Shown here: positions 1 through 9,471 of the stretch, in pieces
How positions within the stretch are numbered: the stretch's first letter is position 1
Layout: every line of letters begins with the position of its first letter
Assembly: GCA_963720465.1 (NCBI GenBank)
Contig: OY970393.1
Span: 1,120,001-1,184,000 of the forward strand
DNA: 64,000 nt
Source: Methanobacteriota archaeon
Lineage (GTDB): Archaea; Halobacteriota; Bog-38; Methanoflorentales; Methanoflorentaceae
Reading direction: 5' to 3'
Notes under the pieces: generated by a model
The model's input: the letters and a program-made list of their open reading frames with translations, nothing else
Databases searched by the model: none
What the model was told of the DNA's origin: nothing
Position numbers and translations under genes: made by a program

Positions 1-730
1 GCGCTGCGACTATGTTCGACATTCTGAAGTTGTACCCGAGCGTCACGTAGTCCGTGCGCTCGGTAGAACAGAAATAGTCACCGTTCTCGACCCTGCCGTG
101 CGACCGAATCAGCCTGAGTCTTTCATAGATGGATGGCGAATTGGTGACGACCGCCCCGCCCTCACCGGTTGACAGTACCTTATTTTGACAGAAGCTCAAA
201 ACGGCCGCGTCGCCAAATGTTCCCACGAGCTGTCCGTCTACGCTGGCGCCGAGCGCTTCTGCGGCGTCTTCGATAAGCAGCAGGCCGTTGTCCTCAGCAA
301 CCTCTTTGAGTTCCTTTATACGGCACGGACAACCACCGTAATGGATAGGTAGAAGCGCCTTCGTTCGCGAGGTGATCTTTTCCTGGACGTCAGCAGCGCT
401 GAGCGCATAGGTTTCTTCCTCGATGTCGGCGAAGACTGGGCGTGCTCGGACAAAAAGCGGGGCGTTTGCGGTAGAGATGAACGTGAATGATGGCACGATC
501 ACCTCGTCTCCCTGGCCTATGCCGTAAGCTAGAAGTGCGGCGTGCAGCCCCGACGTCCCTGAGTTAAATGTGACGCAGTAGCGCGTGCTGGTGTAGCGGG
601 CGAGCTCATCTTCAAACTCCTTTATGTAGGCTCCGATCGCCCAGTTTCTCCCTGATGAGATGGCTTCAGTCACACGCTTCACGTCTTCTTCGTCCCAGTA
701 GATTGCAAATAGCGGAATGCGCTTCGCCAT
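1..730 (-). CDS. DegT/DnrJ/EryC1/StrS family PLP-dependent sugar aminotransferase (3' end outside window)
   Basis: Manual translation from ATG at 730 gives MAKRIPLFAIYWDEED...FNSGTSGLHAALLAYGIGQGDEVIVPSFTFISTANA...IEDAAEALG...SFCQNKVLSTGEGG...LGYNFRMS. These are the family motifs. Absent from the ORF track because it runs off the window. Confidence 0.93.
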   Translation of the reverse strand, partial: MAKRIPLFAIYWDEEDVKRVTEAISSGRNWAIGAYIKEFEDELARYTSTRYCVTFNSGTSGLHAALLAYGIGQGDEVIVPSFTFISTANAPLFVRARPVFADIEEETYALSAADVQEKITSRTKALLPIHYGGCPCRIKELKEVAEDNGLLLIEDAAEALGASVDGQLVGTFGDAAVLSFCQNKVLSTGEGGAVVTNSPSIYERLRLIRSHGRVENGDYFCSTERTDYVTLGYNFRMSNIVAA

Positions 731-734
731 TCGT

Positions 735-1157
735 TCACCTGTCGGCAAGTTCGTCGGCTGCGAGGGGGCGGATGACTTGCACCGGAACGCCGTAGGCAAG
801 CACGCCGTCCGGTATGTCCCTGTTCACAAAGCTGAACGCCCCGACAATTGAGTTTCGTCCGACGGTGACGCCCGGCATGATGACCGAGTGACTGCCGATC
901 TTGCAGTTTGTTTTCAAGACAACAGGTCCCCCCTTGTCATCAATGGTCGAAACTGAGTACACGGCACAGTGCGAACCGATCTGCACGTGATCCTCGACTG
1001 TGACTCCGTTTTTCGCGTTGATGTAGGTGAACGCTCCGATATCTGTCTTGTCGCCCAGTTCGAACCGCGATTTCCATCGAACGATCCAGCTGTAAATATT
1101 AGGTTTGCCGTCCTCAATTTCCGGAGGTTCCCAGCCGTCAAATCTAGTCATTCCCAT
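735..1157 (-). CDS. Hexapeptide-repeat (left-handed beta-helix) sugar acetyltransferase
   Basis: Hexapeptide repeats IGAFTY/IGSHCA/IGSHSV/VGRNSI and C-terminal VNRDIPDGVLAYGVP; co-oriented between neuC and the aminotransferase. Confidence 0.88.
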   Translation of the reverse strand: MGMTRFDGWEPPEIEDGKPNIYSWIVRWKSRFELGDKTDIGAFTYINAKNGVTVEDHVQIGSHCAVYSVSTIDDKGGPVVLKTNCKIGSHSVIMPGVTVGRNSIVGAFSFVNRDIPDGVLAYGVPVQVIRPLAADELADR

Positions 1158-1168
1158 CCCTCGTCCTT

Positions 1169-2311
1169 TCAGTAGGTCATGTGCTTTTGAAGCAGTCGTG
1201 CGTCGATTCTCAACTCGATTAAGGCGTTGACGATGCGCGCACTTGCTTTTCCGTCTCCATATGGGTTCTTGCTCCGGCTGGCCAGCTCTTTGAACGTGCT
1301 GTCTTCGATTGCAGTCTTGATTGCCGTGATGATCTGACTTCTATCGTAGTCAACGTTAATAATGTTGCCTGCGCACTCCCGCCCGCGCTGTCTCGTCCCG
1401 ATATTAACGACGGGAAGGTGGAAGAGGGGTGACTCAATAACGCCGCTGCTCGAATTCCCTACCAGCACGCTCGCAACGTTCATTAGACCTAGGTAGTGCG
1501 CACGTGGCACGGTCTCGTAAGCCTGCATAAACGCGTGCGAGCGGTATCGTTCGAGAACGCGTATCATCGCCCTGCCGCCGGCATCCGCATTGGGATAGAT
1601 CACAATGGTTTGCTGCTGGAGCTGGGCAATTGCATCGAGAGTGGCGGCCATCTGCAACGGCGCATCATCGACTTCCGCGGAAACGGGATGCTGGACCACC
1701 AGTATGATGGGTTTTGACAGATCCAGTTGATACAGGTGTGCGATTTCATTGGGGCCTATACGTCGCTCATTGAGGATACCATCGATGGCTGGAGAGCCTA
1801 CGCAGTGTATTCGCCACGCCTCCTCGCCCATTTTGCGGACCCTTCCCGCGCTTTTCTTGGTGGCCGGAAAGTGGACGTGCGCTAGTTTCGTGATCGCGTG
1901 TCGAACGTGGTCATCGACCGTGGAACTCACGTCGCCGCCGTGCACGTGAGCAATTGGAACGCTGAGGTATGTCGCGGCAACAGCTCCCGCAAGCATCTCC
2001 GCGCGGTCCCCCAGTAAGAGGACGATATCGGCGTGCGTCTCTTTGATTACATGGGTAAGCCCCTGGATGAACGTCCCGGTAAACAGAGCCGCTGATTCCC
2101 GGTCATCCGTCGAATAAACTGCGTCGATCACGTGAACGTTCGCGTGGCCGGCTCTGACCTCGTCTACAGTCATTCCGAACTCTGGCATCAGGTGCATGCC
2201 GCCAGCGACGACTTCCAGCGCGAGGGAGGGGCTGCTTTCAATCGCATCAAGCGTTTGATTCATCAATCCGTAGTCGGCTCGCGTTCCGGTCACGTAAAGA
2301 ACCTTTCTCAC
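1169..2311 (-). CDS. neuC: Hydrolysing UDP-N-acetylglucosamine 2-epimerase (NeuC/LegG family)
   Basis: VTGTRADYG, LLGDRAE, HVHGGD, VGNSSSG, NIGTRQRGR and NPYGDG motifs. Likely GTG start at 2311 overlaps the neuB stop (GTGA). Confidence 0.93.
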   Translation of the reverse strand: MRKVLYVTGTRADYGLMNQTLDAIESSPSLALEVVAGGMHLMPEFGMTVDEVRAGHANVHVIDAVYSTDDRESAALFTGTFIQGLTHVIKETHADIVLLLGDRAEMLAGAVAATYLSVPIAHVHGGDVSSTVDDHVRHAITKLAHVHFPATKKSAGRVRKMGEEAWRIHCVGSPAIDGILNERRIGPNEIAHLYQLDLSKPIILVVQHPVSAEVDDAPLQMAATLDAIAQLQQQTIVIYPNADAGGRAMIRVLERYRSHAFMQAYETVPRAHYLGLMNVASVLVGNSSSGVIESPLFHLPVVNIGTRQRGRECAGNIINVDYDRSQIITAIKTAIEDSTFKELASRSKNPYGDGKASARIVNALIELRIDARLLQKHMTY

Positions 2312-3360
2312 TCGACCATCTGCCATGTGAGGGCGTGTCCCTTCTTAATGTTTAGTTTCGCTTTCTTCCCGATAACGCGATCGAGATCTGCGGGCGTGAT
2401 AGCCAGGGCATCCCCCGCTCGTTTGGGCGCGAGCATCTCTAGGCGTACGGTGGTTCCAGCGGCGATGTCGGTTTCTGCCACAAGGGTCTGTCTCATGAAC
2501 GCCCTCATAAGCACTTCGCTCTCCGTGGGGCATTTTACGCCGTCACCCAGAGCCCTTTCAACGATCCTGATTGCTTGGACCATCTGCCGTAGCTCGTGAG
2601 GCTCTAATGATGCCTGATGGTCGGGGCCTGAAAAGGACTTGTTAAGGGTAACGTGTTTTTCGATAACGTTGGCACCCAAGGCGACCGCTGCGATTGACAC
2701 AGTGATCCCGATGGTGTGATCGGAGAATCCCACGGGCACGTTGAACGCCTGTTTTAGCGTGTTGATCGCGCGCAAGTTTACGTGCTCCGCGCTTGCAGGA
2801 TACTCAGAGACGCAGTGCAGGAGGATAAGATCACGCGCGGTATAGCTGCGCAACGTGTCGATCGCATCTCGCACCGCGTCCAGTGAACACATGCCCGTTG
2901 ATAGGATGATGGGCTTGTGCTGTTCGGCGACACGCGAGAGCAGCGGCCGGTTCGTTATCTCTCCCGAGCCGATCTTGTACGCTACAACGCCGAGCTCGCT
3001 CAGCAGATCAACGCTCGCAGGATCAAAGGGCGATGACAAAAACGTGATTCCGGCCTCATTAGCGCAGTCGTACAGCTCTTTGAAGTCATCCGCCGTAAGT
3101 TCCAACGCCCTCAACATTGTACGCTGCGGGGCATCGCCCGTAGTTTCTTGTTGATACGCGGCCTTCGGTGCGTCGGCGGTCGTGATTGCGTCAGCTCGAA
3201 ATGTTTGGAACTTAATCGCATCGGCTTCTGCCTCTACGGCTACCTCGATAAGCTTCTTCGCGAGCTGGACGCTGCCGTTGTGATTAACCCCCGCCTCGGC
3301 GATAATGAAACACGGCTCGCCCTCTCCTATCGCCTTACCGCCCACGTCGACCGTTTTCAC
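2308..3360 (-). CDS. neuB: N-acetylneuraminate/nonulosonate synthase (NeuB/LegI family)
   Basis: FIIAEAGVNHNG, AIKFQTF, KIGSGE, ILSTGM, LLHCVSEYP, GFSDHT, IEKHVT and C-terminal SAF domain. Likely GTG start at 3360 (ORF open to 3384). Confidence 0.95.
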   Translation of the reverse strand: MKTVDVGGKAIGEGEPCFIIAEAGVNHNGSVQLAKKLIEVAVEAEADAIKFQTFRADAITTADAPKAAYQQETTGDAPQRTMLRALELTADDFKELYDCANEAGITFLSSPFDPASVDLLSELGVVAYKIGSGEITNRPLLSRVAEQHKPIILSTGMCSLDAVRDAIDTLRSYTARDLILLHCVSEYPASAEHVNLRAINTLKQAFNVPVGFSDHTIGITVSIAAVALGANVIEKHVTLNKSFSGPDHQASLEPHELRQMVQAIRIVERALGDGVKCPTESEVLMRAFMRQTLVAETDIAAGTTVRLEMLAPKRAGDALAITPADLDRVIGKKAKLNIKKGHALTWQMVE

Positions 3361-3611
3361 TTTGCGTGCTCCCTCACAGCGCACTGCCCCCTAGCGGTGG
3401 CCGCAATCACCTCGCGACGGCAAGCACCCACGCTTGAAGTCTCGTTCAAGCGTCAAGCGATTCGCATTCTTGGACCGACGGCCCTGCAGCAGTGAGCTAC
3501 TTCCTTCTTTCAGATCAGCCCTATATGAAGTCATGTGTCCGCCACGCCGTTGCGCGACCTGCCCACCACAGAGAGTCATCGGAGCTGCGCATCAGAGCAA
3601 TGATAATGCGC

Positions 3612-4841
3612 TCACGCTTTGTTTCGCGCCTGCCCCTCCAACCGCGAGGCAATCACGTGCGCAACGCGCGCTCCCGCGCGGCCATCTTGCAGATACGCAT
3701 GGTCATAGACGTAGCAGCGACTCGCATCTGCCAACCTAATGCGCGTCTCGGTGTCATACAACACCGATGCTATCGCCGGCGCGAGTTGGTCAGCGCCATA
3801 AACGCCTACGGCGGCGCCATATTTCACGTAATCTAATTCATCAGTTTGGCTGCTCCATCCTTCGCTTTCAAAGGCGATGATAGGCACCCCTAAGATCATT
3901 GCCTCTAATCCGATAGTTGATCGCACGGTCAGCACGGCATCGCACGCGGTCAGTAATGTCGCTAAATCGACTTCACCGTTCACAATAGGTACCGATGAGC
4001 TGCCAAGTGTCGACAAGATGGAACGATAGACTGCTGCGCTTGTCTCTCTCGGGTGCAGTTTGATGAGCAGTTGCCCACCCGCATCGCGAACTGCCGCAAC
4101 AACACACTCGAGGAAATGCGCTCTTTGGCCCGCCGTCCATAAGCCATCTTCAACAAACGGCTGTGTGGCAACGACGACCACTGGCGCGTGGGTGTCCAGC
4201 CCGAAGCGTTCCAAAAGCGAAACTTTGTTGGGCAGCGTGCTAGAACTGATCATGGAATCGTATCGTGGCTGCCCAGTGACGACGATTGCATCTTCGGGGA
4301 TTCCGCTCTTCAGAAAAAGGGCCTTGCTCGCTGGCCCTGCCACACACGCGACGTCCCACAATCGGCTAATCGACCTATCCGTAAAGAACTTCCGCAACCA
4401 GATTTTCGCCGCCTCCCACGTGCATCCTGACGCGACGTATCGCGCTGCGTACGTGAAGATGCCTACTTTGGCGTGCGCCAAAATGAGCTTAAGCGCAGCC
4501 GTTTTATCTCGCGCAGCGCTGAGCGCGCCGTGGGGCACGTATACTGAAGCGATGCCAAGTTTTTTTGCCGCAAGCAAGAACAACACACTTATCCAGTAAG
4601 CGTCGTGTGCGGTGATGACCAGCGAGACATCGTTGTCGCGAAGGAATTCGCGCGCGTCATATGGGGTGCATCCGATCGGGGTCGCCACGACCTGCGAATT
4701 CGCTGTGCCACTCCATCGTTCCAGCACGCGGTACTGCGGATCGCCAACCATTATCACGCGCAAATCGTCCGGAAGTTGCCGGATCACGGGAGATAACACC
4801 TCCAGCTCGGCGGGCGTGTAGATGGGGAGGAGGACGCTCAC
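3612..4841 (-). CDS. GT-B fold protein (CDP-glycerol glycerophosphotransferase-like), candidate nonulosonate transferase
   Basis: VPHG, IVVTGQPRYD, VATQP, IKLHPRE and STIGLEAMILGVP motifs; immediately upstream of neuB. Confidence 0.7.
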   Translation of the reverse strand: MSVLLPIYTPAELEVLSPVIRQLPDDLRVIMVGDPQYRVLERWSGTANSQVVATPIGCTPYDAREFLRDNDVSLVITAHDAYWISVLFLLAAKKLGIASVYVPHGALSAARDKTAALKLILAHAKVGIFTYAARYVASGCTWEAAKIWLRKFFTDRSISRLWDVACVAGPASKALFLKSGIPEDAIVVTGQPRYDSMISSSTLPNKVSLLERFGLDTHAPVVVVATQPFVEDGLWTAGQRAHFLECVVAAVRDAGGQLLIKLHPRETSAAVYRSILSTLGSSSVPIVNGEVDLATLLTACDAVLTVRSTIGLEAMILGVPIIAFESEGWSSQTDELDYVKYGAAVGVYGADQLAPAIASVLYDTETRIRLADASRCYVYDHAYLQDGRAGARVAHVIASRLEGQARNKA

Positions 4842-6547
4842 GTAACCTCGTACAGTTGAACGCCATTCGAGGAGTAGACCAAGTTGAAATACGGTGCGTT
4901 TGCCGTCGTGTTTTCCGCACGTAGGTACTCATTCAATCGTGGAGCGTAGAGCGTCTGAATGGTCGCGTAATCCCCCGGCGTAAAGAAGATGTACGAGGGT
5001 CCTCCTTTGACGAGCTGCAATCGCACTGAATCGTTGGGCGGCCCTCGATCCAACAGGGCAACAAGCTGGAGCAAATTTCCTCCCGTGTAATTCTGCTCAT
5101 TCAGCCAATTGGCGACCGGATAAGCCCCGTAAACCGACGCACTGCTCACGGTCTGGTAAAAGAAGTTGTAACTTGAAATCTCCGCAGGGCTCACGTAGTC
5201 GAAGCTCTCGTTACCGTATGCGACGAGGACGTGCAGCATGGGACCAGCTAGGAGAATTACTACCGCGGCGACCTTCACCACGCGAAAACTCACGTTTTTC
5301 ACGAGATAGTAGATGAGCGCCGGAAGCGCTAATAGGAAACCTCGAAACCACAGTTCCCCATCATACCCGGGCAGCAACAGGATCCACGTTATGCCGACGA
5401 GCAGCGCGAGGAAGGCAGCATCCATTTTTTCAAGTCTCCTCGTTGAGGCAAATCGGTATAAGAACCAGATTCCCACGATGGCGGCAGCAAAAACTCCGAA
5501 CACGATGCCCACGTTGGCAATAAACGCGTGGGTGACGCTCCCGCCTATCCCAGAAACGCCCCCCGTCCCTCCCGTGACCCCTCCCGTGACCCCTCCCGTC
5601 ACCCCCACCTGCGTCTGCGTCGAAAGGCTTTCAGATACGGGCGTCGCAGATTGCCGGTTGACCATATAGTTGAAATACGCGGCAGAGCCGAAAAGCATCC
5701 AACCGACAAATCCGACAACGTACGGCACCACAAATCGGTCGAGTCGCACCTTAGCGACGATTCGTGATGACAGGGCCAATACGATGAAAAACATGAGCAG
5801 GGCAAACGAGGTTAAGAAATGCGTTACGACAAGCGACAAAAAGATGATGAACAAGAGCGATGCGACGGCAACAGAAGGATATCGGATCTTTTGCGACGGC
5901 GCGCGAATGATATACACAAACGTGAGCCCTAAGAAAGCAAGGAACAGCAGGTACGCCACCGATTCAGGACTCAGGTAATCTTGGCCGACGTAGTTCATGA
6001 TGTAAAACAAAAAAATCCCCAGGTACGCCTGCTTCTTGCTTAGGAAACCCCTGTAAAGCGCGTAGAGGGCCACCCCATATGCAACCTCCATGAATGGCGC
6101 GTAGTACTTAACAAACACCGTCTGCGTTGCGGTTGATGGTAACGCCACCTGGAAAACCGCAGAGAAGAGTGCCCACACGCTCGGCCAGTTGAACAGAACG
6201 TTGACAGCAGGATTGATGGCGGCTGCGCGTGTTACGAGGTCGGTGAGCCCCCAGACTTTGTACGTCGTTCGAAATCTCGGAAACGCCTCGACTAATGCCG
6301 GAGTCACAAACAGAAACGCGATCAGAAGAGCGATCTGGCAGACGAAAAGGAGGTCTCGCCACCGGCCTTCGCCCGGGGTCCCGAGGTTGATGATAAACGC
6401 GAGGCTCAGGGTGACGCATGCGACGTAGAAAGCCGGAGGCAGGCTGCCGGCCAATCCGAAGCCGCCGATGTTCAACCCGCTCGTATTAACCCTAATAAGC
6501 GCGAACGCCCATAGCACCCACGACGCTCCGGTGAGTATGGCTGCCAC
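4838..6547 (-). CDS. Polytopic membrane protein, GT-C-like (DUF2206/DUF6541-like)
   Basis: 569 aa with many TM segments, LFNWPS, NYVGQDYLSPESVAY and VVTHFLTS motifs; stop overlaps the next gene start. Confidence 0.6.
   Translation of the reverse strand: MAAILTGASWVLWAFALIRVNTSGLNIGGFGLAGSLPPAFYVACVTLSLAFIINLGTPGEGRWRDLLFVCQIALLIAFLFVTPALVEAFPRFRTTYKVWGLTDLVTRAAAINPAVNVLFNWPSVWALFSAVFQVALPSTATQTVFVKYYAPFMEVAYGVALYALYRGFLSKKQAYLGIFLFYIMNYVGQDYLSPESVAYLLFLAFLGLTFVYIIRAPSQKIRYPSVAVASLLFIIFLSLVVTHFLTSFALLMFFIVLALSSRIVAKVRLDRFVVPYVVGFVGWMLFGSAAYFNYMVNRQSATPVSESLSTQTQVGVTGGVTGGVTGGTGGVSGIGGSVTHAFIANVGIVFGVFAAAIVGIWFLYRFASTRRLEKMDAAFLALLVGITWILLLPGYDGELWFRGFLLALPALIYYLVKNVSFRVVKVAAVVILLAGPMLHVLVAYGNESFDYVSPAEISSYNFFYQTVSSASVYGAYPVANWLNEQNYTGGNLLQLVALLDRGPPNDSVRLQLVKGGPSYIFFTPGDYATIQTLYAPRLNEYLRAENTTANAPYFNLVYSSNGVQLYEVT
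5567..5602. repeat. 12-bp tandem repeat x3 encoding a (VTGG)n linker
   Basis: ccctcccgtgac ccctcccgtgac ccctcccgtcac, in frame within 4838..6547. Confidence 0.85.
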
Positions 6548-6892
6548 GAGCGGTTTCGTCTTCGGAGTTACTGCGATTTTGCATCCCTCAGCGTTGATTG
6601 ACCGTTCCGGGACAGTTAATGTGTCTTTCCAGAACCGAGCTCGATTCGGTCAATGGTCAGGCACGCTCATAAGCTTTGCCGTTTGCCGTGTCGGGCCCTC
6701 TCACAAGCTCACCGTGCCCGTGCCACACGCGAAACGAATGGAGACTTCTACAGCCGCAGAAGCGTGAAACACCAGCTGCATCGGCGCTGCATGCCCAGAT
6801 GGATCACTTTATTAATCTGAAGGACAAATGCGCACATCGCAACGCCGCGTAAGAAGTCACGCCAGCGCGGCAAGAACGCCAGGGAGTGAGTC

Positions 6893-7810
6893 GTGAACGT
6901 CAGCGTTATCGTGTGTGCATATTCGCTCGAACGATACCACTACTTGCGCCAAACGATACAATCGCTCTGCGATCAGGAGTATCCGGTCGCCGAGATCATC
7001 GTGGTAATTGACAAAAACCCGACCCTGTACGACCAGATAGCGTCTGACGCCGAGAAATATAACTGGCGCAACGTGAAGCTGATCTTCAATGAGGAGCTCA
7101 AGGGCGTGTCATATGCGAGAAATGTGGGTATCAGAGAGAGCAGCGGCGATATCATCGCGCTCATCGACGACGACGCTATGGCCGATCCGAAGTGGACGCA
7201 GGCGATGGTCTCATCGTTTGCGCGGGACGCCCGCGTTGGCGCCGTAACCGGATTGACCATACCGCGGTGGGAAAGCGATAGCTCCTGGTTTCCAACGGAG
7301 CTGTACTGGATGATTAGCTGCTCGTACGTCGCCGCGGCGACGACGTACGAGGTTGAGCGTAGTTTCGGCACAAACATGGCCTTCAAAAGGGCGGTACTTG
7401 ACCGTATCGGACTGTTTGACGAGCGTCTCGGGTTGCAGGGAAAGAAATGGATTGGCGGCGAGGACACAGAGATCGTCTGGCGGGTACAACAAGCAGGCTT
7501 TACGATCCTGTGTGACCCCGACGTAAAGGTTGCGCACGCGATTCCGGGGGACCGACTCAAAATCAGCGCTTTGCTCAAGCGCGCGTTTGTCGGTGGAACG
7601 TCAGAAGGGCACATGATAAAGGTCACCCAGCATCGCGTCTCTCCTCGCACACGGCGGCAGTACCTGTCAACCCTCCTGTTCGAATTCTTCCCGAGAAGAA
7701 TACGGGACGCTATCGTTCATCGATCGCGCATTGCGCTTAAACAAGTGCTCCTCGTCGGCGTGATCCTTGTCTTCTGGGGGTTTGGCTTTTGCTATGGCTA
7801 CGTCGTATAG
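6893..7810 (+). CDS. Glycosyltransferase family 2 (AglG-like)
   Basis: VSVIVCAY, GVSYARNVG, IALIDDDA, GTNMAF and GGEDTE motifs; C-terminal hydrophobic helix. Confidence 0.9.
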   Translation: MNVSVIVCAYSLERYHYLRQTIQSLCDQEYPVAEIIVVIDKNPTLYDQIASDAEKYNWRNVKLIFNEELKGVSYARNVGIRESSGDIIALIDDDAMADPKWTQAMVSSFARDARVGAVTGLTIPRWESDSSWFPTELYWMISCSYVAAATTYEVERSFGTNMAFKRAVLDRIGLFDERLGLQGKKWIGGEDTEIVWRVQQAGFTILCDPDVKVAHAIPGDRLKISALLKRAFVGGTSEGHMIKVTQHRVSPRTRRQYLSTLLFEFFPRRIRDAIVHRSRIALKQVLLVGVILVFWGFGFCYGYVV

Positions 7811-8037
7811 AGCCAACGTCGCGCACGAAGCACTTGCTCAACAGGCGTTGCTTGAGTGCTAGCTGAGATACGGCACGCGCGAAGAGCCGCGGCGTGTAAG
7901 CGGAGCGCGGACGGGCGCTGTGCGGTCTCGATGGCTGCGATGCAGCAATATCTATTTATCGATGCCTCTCCTACTCAGACTGACTCGCACTCGTGTGCAT
8001 CGCGAACGACTCACAAAGGAGGATCGGCAGAAGTCAC

Positions 8038-8955
8038 GTGACCCAAAGCAGTCAACGCTCGCCCAACGCAGCGTACCGCAGGAGCTCTGATATCGCAGCG
8101 TTCTTTGATTTATACTTCGATTTAGCGCTTATGTTGATCGTTACCGTCGCAGCGATCATCATCATCTTCGTGCCCTTCGTAGGCGCGGCTGCGGCCCGCG
8201 CCATCACGGGTCTCCTCCTTGTTTTCTTCGTCCCGGGCTACGTCATGCTCGCCGCCGTTTTCCCCCAGAAGGACGGCTTGACGAACGTTGAACGCGTAAT
8301 TCTCTCGCTCGTGTTCAGCGTCATTATTGTTGGCGGCGTGAGCTTCCTCTTAGGCTACACCTCATTCGGCCTGCGCGTAGCACCGATCGTGGCGTGCACG
8401 TCGATCTTCATCGTCGGGGGCACCATTAGTGCCTACGTCCGCCGTCGTTCTCTCCCCTCGGAGCAACGTTTTGCGGTCTCCGTTCCCCGCGTTTCGGACG
8501 TGAGGCCAGCGATCCCTCACTTTGGACCTGCTGAGAGGCTCGACAAAACGCTCGTCCTGGTGCTCTTGTTCGTGCTCGTCGCGTCTCTTGTCGCGACGGG
8601 CTACCTCGTCTCGGCACCTATAGGCGGTGCCTACAGCGAGCTGTACCTTCTTGGCTCCGGTGGGAAGGCGAGCGACTACCCGACCAATCTGACCGTCAAC
8701 CAGACGGCCAACGTAACTGTTGGCGTCGTCAATCACGAGAACGCGAACGCCAACTACACCCTGGTGGTCACACTCGATAACGCCACTCTCTCCTCGCGAT
8801 CATTCACCTTAGCCAACAGCGAGCAGTGGCAAAACTCCGTCGCAGTGACGCCTGATCGAATCGGACAGGACATGAAACTCAGCTTCCTCCTATACGAAGA
8901 CGATAACTCAGCGCCGCTGCAGACGACCCATTTGTGGGTTAACGTGACACAGTGA
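8038..8955 (+). CDS. DUF1616 domain membrane protein
   Basis: FFVPGY...AVFP, ERVILS, SELYLLG...ASDYPTNL, VGVVNHE and HLWVNV motifs. Start uncertain (ORF open from 7993). Confidence 0.88.
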   Translation: MTQSSQRSPNAAYRRSSDIAAFFDLYFDLALMLIVTVAAIIIIFVPFVGAAAARAITGLLLVFFVPGYVMLAAVFPQKDGLTNVERVILSLVFSVIIVGGVSFLLGYTSFGLRVAPIVACTSIFIVGGTISAYVRRRSLPSEQRFAVSVPRVSDVRPAIPHFGPAERLDKTLVLVLLFVLVASLVATGYLVSAPIGGAYSELYLLGSGGKASDYPTNLTVNQTANVTVGVVNHENANANYTLVVTLDNATLSSRSFTLANSEQWQNSVAVTPDRIGQDMKLSFLLYEDDNSAPLQTTHLWVNVTQ

Positions 8956-9043
8956 GGTTACACGGGTACATACACACGGGCGAAGCAACGCGCGACGTCG
9001 GCGCGCGGCGCACACTTAAGTATCAAGATGCCCATGTTGCGTC

Positions 9044-9286
9044 GTGTTCTCCACGCTTATGATCGCTGCTGTGAATATCTTGTCGACCGTGCCAAACACT
9101 ACTATAATCGCCCCTATTTTAACGATCGTGGTCATGCTCCTCACGTTCGTGAGAGCCGCTCTTCGGGAGACCCCACAGTGGAGCAAACGCTTCGAAACGG
9201 CGTTCTTCGCTCTGGCCATACCACTTGGCGTGGCATTTGTCATCGTCATCGCAGCGAGAATCGCGCCGCTGTTAGCGCGCCGGTAG
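9044..9286 (+). CDS. Small hydrophobic membrane protein
   Basis: 80 aa, hydrophobic helices with a basic loop, IPLGVAFVIVIAARI C-terminus; follows DUF1616 and resembles 60281..60559. Confidence 0.6.
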   Translation: MFSTLMIAAVNILSTVPNTTIIAPILTIVVMLLTFVRAALRETPQWSKRFETAFFALAIPLGVAFVIVIAARIAPLLARR

Positions 9287-9471
9287 GCGACATTCTGGCG
9301 GAGGAGGCCCGCGCTCGGCTCGCAGATCGACTTCAGCTCGACCAGGTTCGTCAATTGAAGAATCAGCGCTTTTGTGGCGTTCGAGTGCTTGCGCAAGAGC
9401 GACAAGCAGTTCTCCCCCCTACGGCGCACGCAAGCCGTCTTTGCAGTGGCCCAACGGCGTGCTTCTCTCGA

